Source: Abyssicoccus albus (GTDB lineage Bacteria; Bacillota; Bacilli; Staphylococcales; Abyssicoccaceae). Taken from it: a stretch of 32,000 bases of DNA. Position 1 is the first letter of the stretch, and the number at the start of each line of letters is the position of its first letter. The DNA lies in NCBI RefSeq assembly GCF_003815035.1, contig NZ_RKRK01000002.1:775956-807955 (forward strand). The letters run 5' to 3'. The notes below the pieces were generated by a model that saw only the letters and a program-made list of their open reading frames with translations, did not search any database and had not been told where the DNA came from. Positions 9,251 to 19,374 of this stretch are shown piece by piece. Made by a program: the position numbers and the translations under genes.

Positions 9251-9293
9251 AAACCCCGATGCTGGATTTTAAAGTTTAACATCGGGGTTTTTA
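9251..9293 (+). terminator. Intrinsic terminator downstream of the surface-protein pseudogene
   Basis: AAACCCCGATG (9251-9261) ... CATCGGGGTTT (9280-9290) followed by TTT. Confidence 0.85.
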
Positions 9294-9451
9294 TAATGTC
9301 TCTATATCAAATAGAAATAGTTATTTATCATTTATGAGAATGATAATTTCAATGGTTTGATTTAACAACTAAATGTTAATTGGATACGTAGAATGTTGTA
9401 TGCTTATAGAAAGATTTTTAGGAATACAAAAAAGGTTAAACAACTTAAAAG

Positions 9452-9506
9452 GGCTCTATACTATTTAGGACTGGTGATAATCACTAGACCTAAATAGTAT
9501 AGAGCC
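9452..9506. repeat. Long near-perfect hairpin/inverted repeat (possible minus-strand terminator of the AlkD-like gene)
   Basis: GGCTCTATACTATTTAGG-ACTGGTGA-TAA-TCACTAGA-CCTAAATAGTATAGAGCC: 18-bp perfect outer stem plus a 7-bp inner stem (one G:T) separated by an A/A mismatch. Confidence 0.85.
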
Positions 9507-9619
9507 ATAATAAATGATTCGTATGTTATCCAATAATTTTTGTATACGATATAATTTTTTTGTGCATCCTTAGGCATAACTTATCTAACTTTCAATGTGC
9601 TCACCTCATTAATTCAAAC

Positions 9620-10327
9620 TTAGCATCTAACATATCTTCGTTTAAACCCAATGCGATTTTTCTCTTTTGCTTTTTCAATAGAAGCTAATGGATTCAGTAT
9701 CACTTCTTCACCAGATGATTTAGTGACATGAATTTCCCCTAACTCAGTAGCAATCCTAACCGCTAATTCATGCAAAGGTTCACATGAAATACCGACACAA
9801 CTTATAAAATAACTCATTGCAACTTGCACACGGTATAATTGATCATGAATATTATCTGAAGCTTTATAAAGTAATGATTTAAGACGATCTATGTCTAATA
9901 AATCATCTTTCTTATGTCCTATTAACCAACAATACGCGTGCCAACCGGCTGATTGAGTCAACTCATCCTCTGAATTAATCCAATCATCTGCAATGTCATA
10001 TACTAATGGTGATTCTGATAATGTTACCGCTACAACATAATCACTAATCATATAAAAATAAGCATGATTGATCCATTGTTCAAATTCATTACGTGTCATA
10101 ATTTTCGGATCTGCGATTACACCTGCAAAATACATCGCATCATAATTTCCTGTTGAGTATAGTTCATTAGCTAACATCTGATTCTTTTTAATCATTTTCT
10201 TAAGTGGTTTCATATCACCAGTAGCAACACCATACAGTGGTTCTTTATCTCCTTCTTTCAAATATCTTTTCTTTATCCGCTCTTTACCTAGTTGCTCTAA
10301 TTCATCCATCACTTCAATTACATCCAT
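9620..10327 (-). CDS. DNA alkylation repair protein, AlkD-like HEAT-repeat family
   Basis: 235 aa; YGVATGDMKPLKKMIKKNQMLANELYSTGNYDAMYFAGVIADP...WINSEDELTQSAGWHAYCWL... matches the general AlkD-like pattern. Confidence 0.72.
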   Translation of the reverse strand: MDVIEVMDELEQLGKERIKKRYLKEGDKEPLYGVATGDMKPLKKMIKKNQMLANELYSTGNYDAMYFAGVIADPKIMTRNEFEQWINHAYFYMISDYVVAVTLSESPLVYDIADDWINSEDELTQSAGWHAYCWLIGHKKDDLLDIDRLKSLLYKASDNIHDQLYRVQVAMSYFISCVGISCEPLHELAVRIATELGEIHVTKSSGEEVILNPLASIEKAKEKNRIGFKRRYVRC

Positions 10328-10521
10328 TAATACACCGCCTTAATATATTTATTGAAACTCGCTTAATTAATATTATAAGAAATAGTTTAAAATAATAAAA
10401 ATAGATTGTTATTTTGTACTAATAAATACCAAATAACAATCTGTGATTAATAACCTTGTATAATTAATAACTTTTTAATGAATATCAATCATCATTAAAT
10501 ACCATCTAATGTTCATGAAAA

Positions 10522-11304
10522 CTAAATATCCATCTCATTCAATTGCCTTATAAATTGACTCGTCTTAAATACATGACCTGCATAATCTCGATATAACATC
10601 TCCATCAACATAAACATATCCCGAGATATTTCATCACTTAAGTTCAATGAATTCAACTGATGGATTGGCACCGTATTTAACCGATCTAATGCATATATTG
10701 CTTTCGGATTAATAAAGGCATAAGATTCGCTTTGATCATTAGACTCATTCATCGCTTGAACACATTGCTCACAAATGACGCCGTGTGTCGCATAACTAAA
10801 CGCTGACAACTTCACTTCTTTCACATTGATACGATGACACTTAGTGCAGTGATTGAATTGAAAATTCAATCCGAACAATTGTTGTAATTTACATAATACA
10901 AGTGAAGCAACGTCCAATCCATTGCCATTTGATTGATCAATAAATTCCATCGATTTAACCAATAGATTAAACAAATCAATGCCATCAACCTCTTCATGTT
11001 GTAACCTTAACATGACTTCATTAATAAACTGAGCGGAACTATACTTCTCAATATGCTGCTCTATCGTCGAATAACGCTGTTCCACATCAATCGCATTCAA
11101 TTGACCTAGCCCTTTAGATTGATAATAAATGTATACCGCTTTAACATATCCTTGCTTCAACACAGTAAAAGGACTGGATGACTTATTCAATCCTCTCACC
11201 ATCATCGGTACAAACTGATTATCCTCAGTCAACACCGTAATAATATTGCTTGTCTCTCCGTAGTTGACTTTTCTAAGCAATATTCCCGACTTTTTTTGGA
11301 GCAT
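10522..11304 (-). CDS. recO: DNA repair protein RecO
   Basis: 260 aa: GILLRKVNYGETSNIITVLTEDNQFVPMMVRGLNK..., CxxC zinc motifs CTKCHR/CEQC; adjacent to era. Confidence 0.95.
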   Translation of the reverse strand: MLQKKSGILLRKVNYGETSNIITVLTEDNQFVPMMVRGLNKSSSPFTVLKQGYVKAVYIYYQSKGLGQLNAIDVEQRYSTIEQHIEKYSSAQFINEVMLRLQHEEVDGIDLFNLLVKSMEFIDQSNGNGLDVASLVLCKLQQLFGLNFQFNHCTKCHRINVKEVKLSAFSYATHGVICEQCVQAMNESNDQSESYAFINPKAIYALDRLNTVPIHQLNSLNLSDEISRDMFMLMEMLYRDYAGHVFKTSQFIRQLNEMDI

Positions 11305-11309
11305 TTGAA

Positions 11310-12206
11310 TTATTCATCCTCTACATAACCAATCTGTCTCATAAAGTTTGGTTTATTTCGCCAATCCGCCTGCACTTTCACCCATGTTTGCAAATACACT
11401 TTACTCCCGAGAAGATGTTCTATATCTTTTCTCGCTCTTTTACCAATTTCTTTTAGTTTGGCTCCATTTTTCCCGATAATAATTCCTTTTTGACTCGCTC
11501 GTTCTACATAAATTAACGCATTCACATCGACATGATCTTCATCAATGCGTTCTAATGACTCGATAACAACTCCAACAGAATGTGGAATTTCCTGTTCTGT
11601 CGTCTGTAAAATTTTCTCACGAATCATTTCAGCCATAATGAACTGCTCTGGATGATCCGTCACTTGATCTGGTGGGAAAAATTGTGGTCCTTCTTCCATA
11701 TACTTTACAAGTTCAGTTTCTAACGTCTCTATATTTTGGCCATTGATTGCTGAAATAGGAATTATTTCTTTGAAATCATACAATTGTCTATATTGTTCTA
11801 TAATAGATAGCATTTCATCTGGATGAATTAAATCAATCTTGTTTAACACAAGAAATACAGGTGTCTTCGTCGACTTGAGCATATTGATGATATATTCATC
11901 ACCTTTACCCAGCTTCTCATTAACATTCACCATAAACATAATGACATCCACTTCATCTAATGTATTCTTCGCCATGCTCATCATGTAATCACCTAACGCA
12001 TGCTTAGGCTTATGAATACCAGGTGTGTCGATAAAGATTAATTGATGTGTATCTTTCGTTAAAATCCCTTGAATTCTATTTCGTGTTGTTTGAGCTTTGT
12101 CGCTCATAATCGCAACTTTACGACCTAAAATTTGATTCATAAATGTAGACTTCCCTACATTCGGACGTCCAATAATACTAATAAAACCTGATTTATGTTC
12201 ACTCAT
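11310..12206 (-). CDS. era: GTPase Era
   Basis: 298 aa: [50 protein letters not shown] domain [17 protein letters not shown]. Confidence 0.98.
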   Translation of the reverse strand: MSEHKSGFISIIGRPNVGKSTFMNQILGRKVAIMSDKAQTTRNRIQGILTKDTHQLIFIDTPGIHKPKHALGDYMMSMAKNTLDEVDVIMFMVNVNEKLGKGDEYIINMLKSTKTPVFLVLNKIDLIHPDEMLSIIEQYRQLYDFKEIIPISAINGQNIETLETELVKYMEEGPQFFPPDQVTDHPEQFIMAEMIREKILQTTEQEIPHSVGVVIESLERIDEDHVDVNALIYVERASQKGIIIGKNGAKLKEIGKRARKDIEHLLGSKVYLQTWVKVQADWRNKPNFMRQIGYVEDE

Positions 12207-12638
12207 TTATTTTAAATCTCCTTTAGAAAAACTTAACGGCAATAATTCATCCACTGTCATAACAATATAATCCCCATCTAAATTGGCCATATAAACATAA
12301 GTAGATAAGTCACATAACTCACTCATCACTTGCCTACACACGCCACACGGCGATGACGGTTCTTTATTATCTGTCACAATAACTAACGCTTCAAAATTTG
12401 TAATACCTTGACTATACGCACCGACTAAAGCACTCCGTTCAGCACAAATTGACGCTGGGTAACTTGCATTTTCTATATTTGCACCATGTATATATTGACC
12501 CTGATCTGTCACTAAACAACATCCAACTTTGAACTCTGAATAAGGAACATAAGCCTTTTCACGCGCACGCTTTGCTTCTTTAAACCACGCTTCATTTAAC
12601 GGGGCTTCTTTGAAATCATTATCATTTAAACGATACAT
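12207..12638 (-). CDS. cdd: Cytidine deaminase
   Basis: 143 aa: VPYSEFKVGCC, ENASYPASICAERSA, SPCGVCRQVMSE. Confidence 0.95.
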   Translation of the reverse strand: MYRLNDNDFKEAPLNEAWFKEAKRAREKAYVPYSEFKVGCCLVTDQGQYIHGANIENASYPASICAERSALVGAYSQGITNFEALVIVTDNKEPSSPCGVCRQVMSELCDLSTYVYMANLDGDYIVMTVDELLPLSFSKGDLK

Positions 12639-12700
12639 TTAACCACTCTTTTCTAATGTTATAACGGATATACCATTGTGTAATGAAATTACAAATAAAC

Positions 12701-13069
12701 TTACATCATATAAGGCAAATAAACAATGGCTGCGATCATTAATGCATATATTGCAGCAAGCAACACACCAAATGCCGCAACATCTTTTGCCTTCATCGCA
12801 AGGTCATGATATTCATCCGTGACAAGATCGACAACATATTCTATCGCTGTATTCATCACTTCAGTAATGATTACAAGAAATACTGCAGTCATCGTCAAAG
12901 CAAATTGAATCGAATCAATCCCTAGAATAATATTTAAAAGGACAACAGCAACCGCCATGACGATGTGCTGTAAAAACTTTGAGTCTTTATTCAACATCCA
13001 ACGACAACCTTGGAACGTGTATTGAAATCTTTGAATTGTTTGTTTCATCATTTGCTTCATTGAATTCAC
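12701..13069 (-). CDS. dgkA: Diacylglycerol/undecaprenol kinase family protein
   Basis: 122 aa with three hydrophobic segments and EVMNTAIEYVVDLVTDEYHDLAMKAKDVAAFGVLL signature. Confidence 0.92.
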   Translation of the reverse strand: MNSMKQMMKQTIQRFQYTFQGCRWMLNKDSKFLQHIVMAVAVVLLNIILGIDSIQFALTMTAVFLVIITEVMNTAIEYVVDLVTDEYHDLAMKAKDVAAFGVLLAAIYALMIAAIVYLPYMM

Positions 13070-13142
13070 CTTGTGAATCTGTTCTAATATTTTTTGAACT
13101 AATTAATATAATTTAATCAATAATAAGATCATTTTATACAAA

Positions 13143-13601
13143 CTAATCTCGATATAACTCTAACTCATTCAATATTTCTTCTTGCTTTTGATTCATCTTA
13201 TGTTCATCTTCTTCATTCATATGATCATATCCTAGCAAATGTAGGAATCCATGGAGTGCCAAAAATCCTAATTCTCGTTCTATCGTGTGATTGTAATCAT
13301 TCGCTTGTTGTTCGGCAACTTCATAGCAAATAATAATATCGCCTAACATATTCCCCATCTCTTCACTCACTGGTTCATCTTCATCATCATTTAGCGCAAA
13401 TGAAATGACATCAGTCACTTGATTCTTGTTACGATATTCAGCGTTGATTTGTTGTATCGTCTCTTCATTCACAATGACGATTGACACTTCAGCATCTTCA
13501 ACTGCTTCGACTTCCATCGCTTTTTGAATTACCGTTTCGATTAGTGTTTTATGATCAGGTGATACTTTTACTTCTTCATCAATGATATCGATTAATCCCA
13601 T
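13143..13601 (-). CDS. ybeY: Endoribonuclease YbeY (rRNA maturation)
   Basis: 152 aa ending with ELGFLALHGFLHLLGYDHMNEEDEHKM zinc motif. Confidence 0.96.
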   Translation of the reverse strand: MGLIDIIDEEVKVSPDHKTLIETVIQKAMEVEAVEDAEVSIVIVNEETIQQINAEYRNKNQVTDVISFALNDDEDEPVSEEMGNMLGDIIICYEVAEQQANDYNHTIERELGFLALHGFLHLLGYDHMNEEDEHKMNQKQEEILNELELYRD

Positions 13602-14546
13602 TTATATCGCTCCTTTATATGCATTAATAATTTTCGATACGAGTGGGTGACGTACGACATCACTTTCATCTAATTCAATCATTTCAATGCCTTTAATATC
13701 CTTTAACCGATGCGTTGCTTCAACGAGACCACTTTTCGCTGATTTCGGTAAATCAATCTGAGTGACATCACCGGTCACAATCATCTTCGAATTAAATCCA
13801 AGCCGTGTCAGGAACATCTTCATTTGCGCTTCCGTTGTATTTTGAGATTCATCCAAAATAACATACGCATCATCTAATGTACGACCTCTCATATATGCAA
13901 GTGGCGCAACTTCAATCGCTCCTCGCTCGATTAACCGTTGTGTATGTTCAGCACCAAATATCGTATGCAAACCATCGTATAAAGGACGTAAATATGGGTC
14001 TACTTTTTCTTTTAAATCACCCGGGAGGAATCCTAAGTTCTCTCCTGCTTCAACAGCAGGTCTAGTCAGAACAATACGTTTCACTTTATTTGTTCGAAGG
14101 GCTTGCGCTGCCATCACAACCGCTAAAAATGTCTTACCAGTCCCAGCTGGACCAATTCCAAATACGAGGTCACATTTTTTCATCGCTTCGATATATTTAC
14201 GCTGCCCCGTTGTCTTCGCTTTGATTCCTTTACCACCTACGGTTTTAGCGATATCTTCATTGTATAGATCTGCTAAATAATCTATCGTGCCTTTATTCAT
14301 CATCTCGATAGCTGATTGAACATCTTGCTTACTAATAGACATACCTTTTTGGATAATTTTGAGTAGATTAATTAACACGGTCTCAGCACGATCAATATCA
14401 TCGTCTTCACCGGCTACAGTAATCTCAGACCCAAGTGTATGTATATCTACATTAAACGCTTCTTCAATCATTAAAATGTGCTCATCACCATTCCCAATGA
14501 GTAGTTGAGCTTCTTCCATACTATCTATACTTATAATATTTGGCAT
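13602..14546 (-). CDS. phoH: PhoH family ATPase
   Basis: 314 aa: GIGPAGTGKTFLAVVMAAQAL, RTLDDAYVILDESQNTTEAQMKMFLTRLGFNSKMIVTGD. Confidence 0.95.
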   Translation of the reverse strand: MPNIISIDSMEEAQLLIGNGDEHILMIEEAFNVDIHTLGSEITVAGEDDDIDRAETVLINLLKIIQKGMSISKQDVQSAIEMMNKGTIDYLADLYNEDIAKTVGGKGIKAKTTGQRKYIEAMKKCDLVFGIGPAGTGKTFLAVVMAAQALRTNKVKRIVLTRPAVEAGENLGFLPGDLKEKVDPYLRPLYDGLHTIFGAEHTQRLIERGAIEVAPLAYMRGRTLDDAYVILDESQNTTEAQMKMFLTRLGFNSKMIVTGDVTQIDLPKSAKSGLVEATHRLKDIKGIEMIELDESDVVRHPLVSKIINAYKGAI

Positions 14547-14785
14547 TCAAAGACTCCTTTAAACAATTTAGTTTAGACTTTTTCTTAACTATTTCCTAAT
14601 TTTTTCTTCACTTTAATTTGAATTTGAATCTTAACTCTAATCTTAAATTTCATTATTTACTTTACACTATTAAGATACCACTAATATTATATATGTTGCA
14701 ATTTAGAGTATTATTTAAAATTAAAAAGTTCAAGAGAAATTAAATAATAATGATTCATCAATCCAATTAAAAATATAAATAAAAA

Positions 14786-14817
14786 AGAGAACTACTCAAT
14801 CCATTGAGCAATTCTCT
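14786..14817 (-). terminator. Intrinsic terminator downstream (minus strand) of the 271-aa ORF
   Basis: AGAGAA-CTA-CTCAAT..ATTGAG-CAA-TTCTCT, T-rich run on the minus strand. Confidence 0.75.
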
Positions 14818-14847
14818 AATATTCTTACTTCTTAGCCTTTTAAATCG

Positions 14848-15663
14848 TTATCTTTTTATACGTTGCTTAGACTTCGGTGGTGATAAAATTTCACTCATAA
14901 TCATCCCTTGAATGACTTCTTGTTGAGAAAATTGTAGCTGCGGTATTTCAGTTAAATCATGTTGCTTAATGAAATCTTTCTCTTGAGTCCCTTTGTGCTT
15001 TTTATCTCGATTGTAAACTGTTTCATTCCGATCAATCTCATATTGATCTCGAGTTTTCCTTTGAATCTCATCAATCTTTCGAGTTGACTGACGCTCTGCT
15101 GTATTTCTTGTTGGACGTCTTGATCCATTTTCATCCACAGGCAATCGATTCAACACTTTCGGAACAACTTCATTCATCAACTGTTCATATGATATCCCGT
15201 ATGATTTTGCAATATCATGTAATTCTTTTTGACGTTTTTTAATGCGATCATTTGTCTTCAAGTCAATTTGCGTGAATTTTTGCTTCTTTAATGCATGTAA
15301 TAAATCGTTTATTTGCTTTTCAGTGAGCTTTGTATGCTTTGGAATACTCTGATTAGGCAATGGTTTACCTGTGTCTTTTGTATCGAGTTCTTTATTGATT
15401 TCGTTCTCAATTTCTTTTAACATCTCTTGAAAAATATTACCGCGTTTTTCTGAAGGATTAGAACCATTATCTTGATTAAGACCTTTCTGATGTGTTTCAT
15501 TACGAGTATTAGAACTCTTTTTATGGGGTGATGGTTTAGGGTCTTTCACATCTTTACCAGAAAAAGTTGGCATTGTATTTTTCTTTTGCTTATTCTTTTG
15601 GCTTGATTCAATCAGTGAGTACACAATACCTCCGATAAATATTAATATAGGTATGATTTCCAT
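14848..15663 (-). CDS. Hypothetical protein with N-terminal hydrophobic anchor and highly charged, low-complexity tail, adjacent to floA
   Basis: 271 aa MEIIPILIFIGGIVYSLIESSQKNKQKKN...; 8-nt gap to the floA ORF; repeated Lys/Arg/Gln-rich segments. Confidence 0.8.
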   Translation of the reverse strand: MEIIPILIFIGGIVYSLIESSQKNKQKKNTMPTFSGKDVKDPKPSPHKKSSNTRNETHQKGLNQDNGSNPSEKRGNIFQEMLKEIENEINKELDTKDTGKPLPNQSIPKHTKLTEKQINDLLHALKKQKFTQIDLKTNDRIKKRQKELHDIAKSYGISYEQLMNEVVPKVLNRLPVDENGSRRPTRNTAERQSTRKIDEIQRKTRDQYEIDRNETVYNRDKKHKGTQEKDFIKQHDLTEIPQLQFSQQEVIQGMIMSEILSPPKSKQRIKR

Positions 15664-15671
15664 ATGATCAC

Positions 15672-16664
15672 CTAATTTCTATCAGTTGAATGGTTTTGAC
15701 CTTTACCCATATCTTTAATAGAATTTCTCATATCTGTATCAGATTCGATGTTTTTCAAATTAAAGTAATCTCCAACGCCTAAATTACCTTCTCTTAATGC
15801 TTGTGCCATTGCAAGAGGTACTTCAGATTCAGCTTCAACAACTTTAGCTTTCATTTCTTCAACTTGAGCTTTCATTTCTTGTTCTTTCGCAACAGCCATT
15901 GCACGACGCTCTTCGGCTTTAGCTTGAGCGATGTTCTTATCAGCCACTGCTTGCTCAGTTTGAAGATCTGCACCGATGTTTTTACCGATGTCTACATCCG
16001 CAATATCAATCGACAGAATTTCAAATGCAGTCCCTGAATCTAATCCTTTACCGAGTACAGTTTGTGAAATCATGTCAGGATTTTCTAATACGTTTGTATG
16101 ACGTTCTGATGAACCAATCGTTGATACAATCCCTTCACCGACACGGGCAACAATCGTATCTTCACCTGCACCACCGACAAGTCGTTCAATGTTGGCACGT
16201 ACTGTAATTCTTGCTTTCGCCTTCACTTCTATCCCATCCATAGCAACACCTGCGATAAACGGTGTTTCGATGACTTTCGGGTTTACACTCATTTGAACAG
16301 CTTCTAATACATCACGACCTGCTAAATCAATCGCAGCGCAACGTTCGAATGTTAATGAAATATCTGCACGTTGAGCTGCAATCAATGCATCAACGACGCG
16401 ATCAACATTCCCCCCTGCAAGGTAATGTGACTCTAATTGATTCGTACTAATATCTAATCCAGCTTTGTGTGCTTTAACAAGCGGATTAATGACCTTTTTC
16501 GGCGCAACACGTCTTAAGCGCATTCCAACAAGTGAGAATATCCCTACATTTACTCCTGCTGCAATCGCTGATATCCATAATCCAATCGGTACAAATGATA
16601 AGAACACACTAATAGCGATAAATGCAATAACAATAATAATGATAATACCAATTAATCCTTCCAT
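15672..16664 (-). CDS. floA: Flotillin-like SPFH protein FloA (YqfA); start likely MEGLIG, the ORF track extends to 16685
   Basis: [18 protein letters not shown]..., [57 protein letters not shown]; RBS-like GAGAAGGAG... context. Confidence 0.95.
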   Translation of the reverse strand: MEGLIGIIIIIVIAFIAISVFLSFVPIGLWISAIAAGVNVGIFSLVGMRLRRVAPKKVINPLVKAHKAGLDISTNQLESHYLAGGNVDRVVDALIAAQRADISLTFERCAAIDLAGRDVLEAVQMSVNPKVIETPFIAGVAMDGIEVKAKARITVRANIERLVGGAGEDTIVARVGEGIVSTIGSSERHTNVLENPDMISQTVLGKGLDSGTAFEILSIDIADVDIGKNIGADLQTEQAVADKNIAQAKAEERRAMAVAKEQEMKAQVEEMKAKVVEAESEVPLAMAQALREGNLGVGDYFNLKNIESDTDMRNSIKDMGKGQNHSTDRN

Positions 16665-16729
16665 AATTTCTCTCCTTCTATTCATTTAATAATGAAATTG
16701 TTTAATAATTATTTTTAAAAATAATTTAT

Positions 16730-17404
16730 TTAATCATTCACCGAATCTGTTGATTCAGTGATGTTTCTCACGACAATTCTTGATCCTTCAACTTTGATGA
16801 CTTTAATTGTTGAACCACGTGCGATAAAAGAACTTTCAGCAACTACATCGTATCGATTATCGTGCAAAGACATCGTGCCTGAAGGCCTTAAATCCGTATG
16901 CGCCGTTCCTATCTCATTCATTAAGTATGTAAAATCATCATGCGACGTATACCCTGATTCTTTATTCGTAGAATCAGTTAAAATTAAACGTTTAAAAAAT
17001 GGCATTTCTTTCTTCAACACCTTTACTAGAATAACCCATTCAATAATCAATACAAAACTAACGATTGCAAGTAATAAAGAAATCATTGTAACGTTATCAG
17101 CCATCAAAATAAAGCTTAACACGACACAAATGACACCTATAATTCCGGTAATCAAACCAAATACAAAAAATTCAGCAAAAATAAGTGAAATACCAATAAT
17201 AAATAAAACAATTGCTAAACCATTAGACTCTCCATCAATAAATTGGGTCACAATAAATAAACACAGTGCAAGTGCACTCATGATTCCTGCAATATTAATA
17301 TGTCTAGAATACAGTTGATATAGTGCACCACAAAAAATAATCAACAACAAGAATAGCAATAGCATTGGGTGGTTATACCATGCTGTAGACCAAAGTTCGT
17401 TCAC
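16730..17404 (-). CDS. NfeD-like membrane protein (YqeZ/NfeD family)
   Basis: 224 aa, multiple TM segments and C-terminal OB-like domain (GTAHTDLRPSGTMSLHDNRYDVVAESSFIARGSTIKVIKVEGSRIVVRNI). Confidence 0.9.
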   Translation of the reverse strand: MNELWSTAWYNHPMLLLFLLLIIFCGALYQLYSRHINIAGIMSALALCLFIVTQFIDGESNGLAIVLFIIGISLIFAEFFVFGLITGIIGVICVVLSFILMADNVTMISLLLAIVSFVLIIEWVILVKVLKKEMPFFKRLILTDSTNKESGYTSHDDFTYLMNEIGTAHTDLRPSGTMSLHDNRYDVVAESSFIARGSTIKVIKVEGSRIVVRNITESTDSVND

Positions 17405-17473
17405 CCCATCACCCCCATATGTGTATTATATCAATCTATAACATATATTGATATATGTTACGTCTCAATTCAC

Positions 17474-17508
17474 AAAAAAACTCAACCTACAAACAGTAGA
17501 TTGAGTTT
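17474..17508 (-). terminator. Intrinsic terminator of rpsU
   Basis: Minus strand: AAACTCAAT-CTAC-TGTTT-GTAG-GTTGAGTTTTTTT. Confidence 0.85.
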
Positions 17509-17544
17509 ATCTATTAAGAAAATGTTACGCGAGGGAGCGTAAAA

Positions 17545-17721
17545 CTACTTAAATTTACGTTTACGAGCTGCCTCTGATTTCTTTTTACGGCGCACGCTTG
17601 GCTTTTCATAATATTCACGCTTACGTACTTCTTGAATTGTACCACTTTTAGAAACAGAACGCTTAAAACGACGTAAAGCATCTTCGATGTTTTCGTTCTT
17701 TTTAACTACAGTTTTAGACAT
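17545..17721 (-). CDS. rpsU: 30S ribosomal protein S21
   Basis: 58 aa read directly: [58 protein letters not shown]; RBS GGAGGG. Below the ORF-track length cutoff. Confidence 0.97.
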   Translation of the reverse strand: MSKTVVKKNENIEDALRRFKRSVSKSGTIQEVRKREYYEKPSVRRKKKSEAARKRKFK

Positions 17722-17875
17722 GTGTTTTCCCTCCCTCCGAACATTGACAACGTTACTTTTAAATCATATATGCTCAATTTAAAGATAGCATATATTACTA
17801 TATTATAATGAATAGTAAGTAAGTCGTCAACCCACTCTAATAGAATTCAATAAAACATTGTCATCATACGCAATA

Positions 17876-19246
17876 TTATATCGTCACTTCTACTTCTGAG
17901 CGAGTTTCCTTATGGTGAGCGTGTTGTTCGATTTTTACAAATTCACCATGATTAATCGGGTAACCAGCTTGTGTAATTTTCACTTTAACAATCTCTCCTA
18001 CAAGTGATTCGTCACCAGCAAGTGCAACTTTCATATAATTGTCAGTATATCCAATTAACGCTTCATCGTCTTTAGAATATTCTTCTGGAATAATCTCAAG
18101 TACTTCACCTTCAAAACGTTTAGCATAGCTCAGCGCAAGTTGGTCACTCAATTCAATTAGACGAGCCACACGGTCATCTTTAATTGTTTGTTCAATTTGA
18201 TCTTCCATCCGCGCTGCTGGTGTTCCAGTTCTCATACTATATGGGAAGACATGCAATTCGCTGAAATGATGATCTTTTATAAATTTATATGTTTCCATAA
18301 ATTCTTCCTCAGTTTCACCTGGGAATCCAACAATAACATCACTCGTAATCGCAACATCAGGCATAATTCGATGAAGTTTTTGGATGCGTTCACTGAATTC
18401 AGCCATTGTATATTTACGACGCATTCTTTTAAGTACAGTATCTGATCCTGATTGTAATGGGACGTGAAGATGTCTAACGACTTTCTTCGATTGATCTAAC
18501 ACTTCAATCACTTCGTCAGTCAATTGACTCGCTTCGATGGATGAAATTCTAAGACGCTCTAATCCATCAATCGTTTCCAAATCTCGTAATAATTGTGCTA
18601 AGTTGTAATCTTTCAAATCTGAACCATATCCACCTGTATGAATTCCAGTTAAGACAATTTCACGGTAACCAGATTGAACAAGTTGAGTAGCTTGTTCTAT
18701 GACCATCTTTGGATCTCTAGAACGCATTAAACCACGCGCCCAAGGGATAATACAAAATGTACAGAAGTTGTTACATCCTTCTTGAATTTTCAGGCTTGCT
18801 CTCGTACGATCAGTGAAATACGGTACATCTAACTCTTCATATGTACGGTTTTTCATAATGTTTTTAACACCATTAATCGGTTGACGCTCTTCCATGTATT
18901 GTTCAATGTAAGGTAGCATCTTTTCACGGTCTTGAGTCCCAACAACAATGTCAACACCTGGAATGTCCATAATCTCAGCAGGTGACGTTTGGGCATAACA
19001 TCCAGTAACACAAATCACTGCATCAGGATTCGATCGAATTGCACGACGAATCACTTGGCGACTTTTCTTATCCCCTGTATTCGTCACAGTACACGTATTA
19101 ATGACAAATACATCTGCATTTGTATTAAACGATACTCGTTCATAACCATCAGCTTTAAATAACTGCCAAATTGCTTCAGTTTCATAATGATTTACTTTAC
19201 AGCCTAACGTATGAAAGGCAACTGTTTTATTCATGATACACATCAT
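17876..19246 (-). CDS. mtaB: tRNA (N(6)-L-threonylcarbamoyladenosine(37)-C(2))-methylthiotransferase
   Basis: 456 aa: HTLGCKVNHYETEAIW, radical-SAM CNNFCTFCIIPWARG, TRAM domain; start may be internal MNKTVAFHTLG. Confidence 0.94.
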   Translation of the reverse strand: MMCIMNKTVAFHTLGCKVNHYETEAIWQLFKADGYERVSFNTNADVFVINTCTVTNTGDKKSRQVIRRAIRSNPDAVICVTGCYAQTSPAEIMDIPGVDIVVGTQDREKMLPYIEQYMEERQPINGVKNIMKNRTYEELDVPYFTDRTRASLKIQEGCNNFCTFCIIPWARGLMRSRDPKMVIEQATQLVQSGYREIVLTGIHTGGYGSDLKDYNLAQLLRDLETIDGLERLRISSIEASQLTDEVIEVLDQSKKVVRHLHVPLQSGSDTVLKRMRRKYTMAEFSERIQKLHRIMPDVAITSDVIVGFPGETEEEFMETYKFIKDHHFSELHVFPYSMRTGTPAARMEDQIEQTIKDDRVARLIELSDQLALSYAKRFEGEVLEIIPEEYSKDDEALIGYTDNYMKVALAGDESLVGEIVKVKITQAGYPINHGEFVKIEQHAHHKETRSEVEVTI

Positions 19247-19307
19247 ACTTTCTATATATAGTTATTCATTATGTCATAATAACATAATACTTTATTATTC
19301 TCAATGC

Positions 19308-19337
19308 AAAAAGCGATAACAGGCGTTATCGCTTTTT
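19308..19337 (-). terminator. Intrinsic terminator between rsmE and mtaB
   Basis: AAAAAGCGATAAC-AGGC-GTTATCGCTTTTT, perfect 13-bp stem. Confidence 0.85.
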
Positions 19338-19374
19338 AGTTTGTTCCAATATATTATTAATCATTATATACATT

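Noticed and set aside
9620-10327. AlkD-like gene considered as part of a novel defence or repair island
   Set aside because: It stands alone with no nuclease, methyltransferase, toxin-antitoxin or mobile-element partner nearby; an ordinary accessory repair gene is the simpler reading.
15801-17318. Plus-strand ORFs at 15801, 16025, 16465 and 16758
   Set aside because: Antisense to floA and the nfeD-like gene; spurious opposite-strand ORFs.
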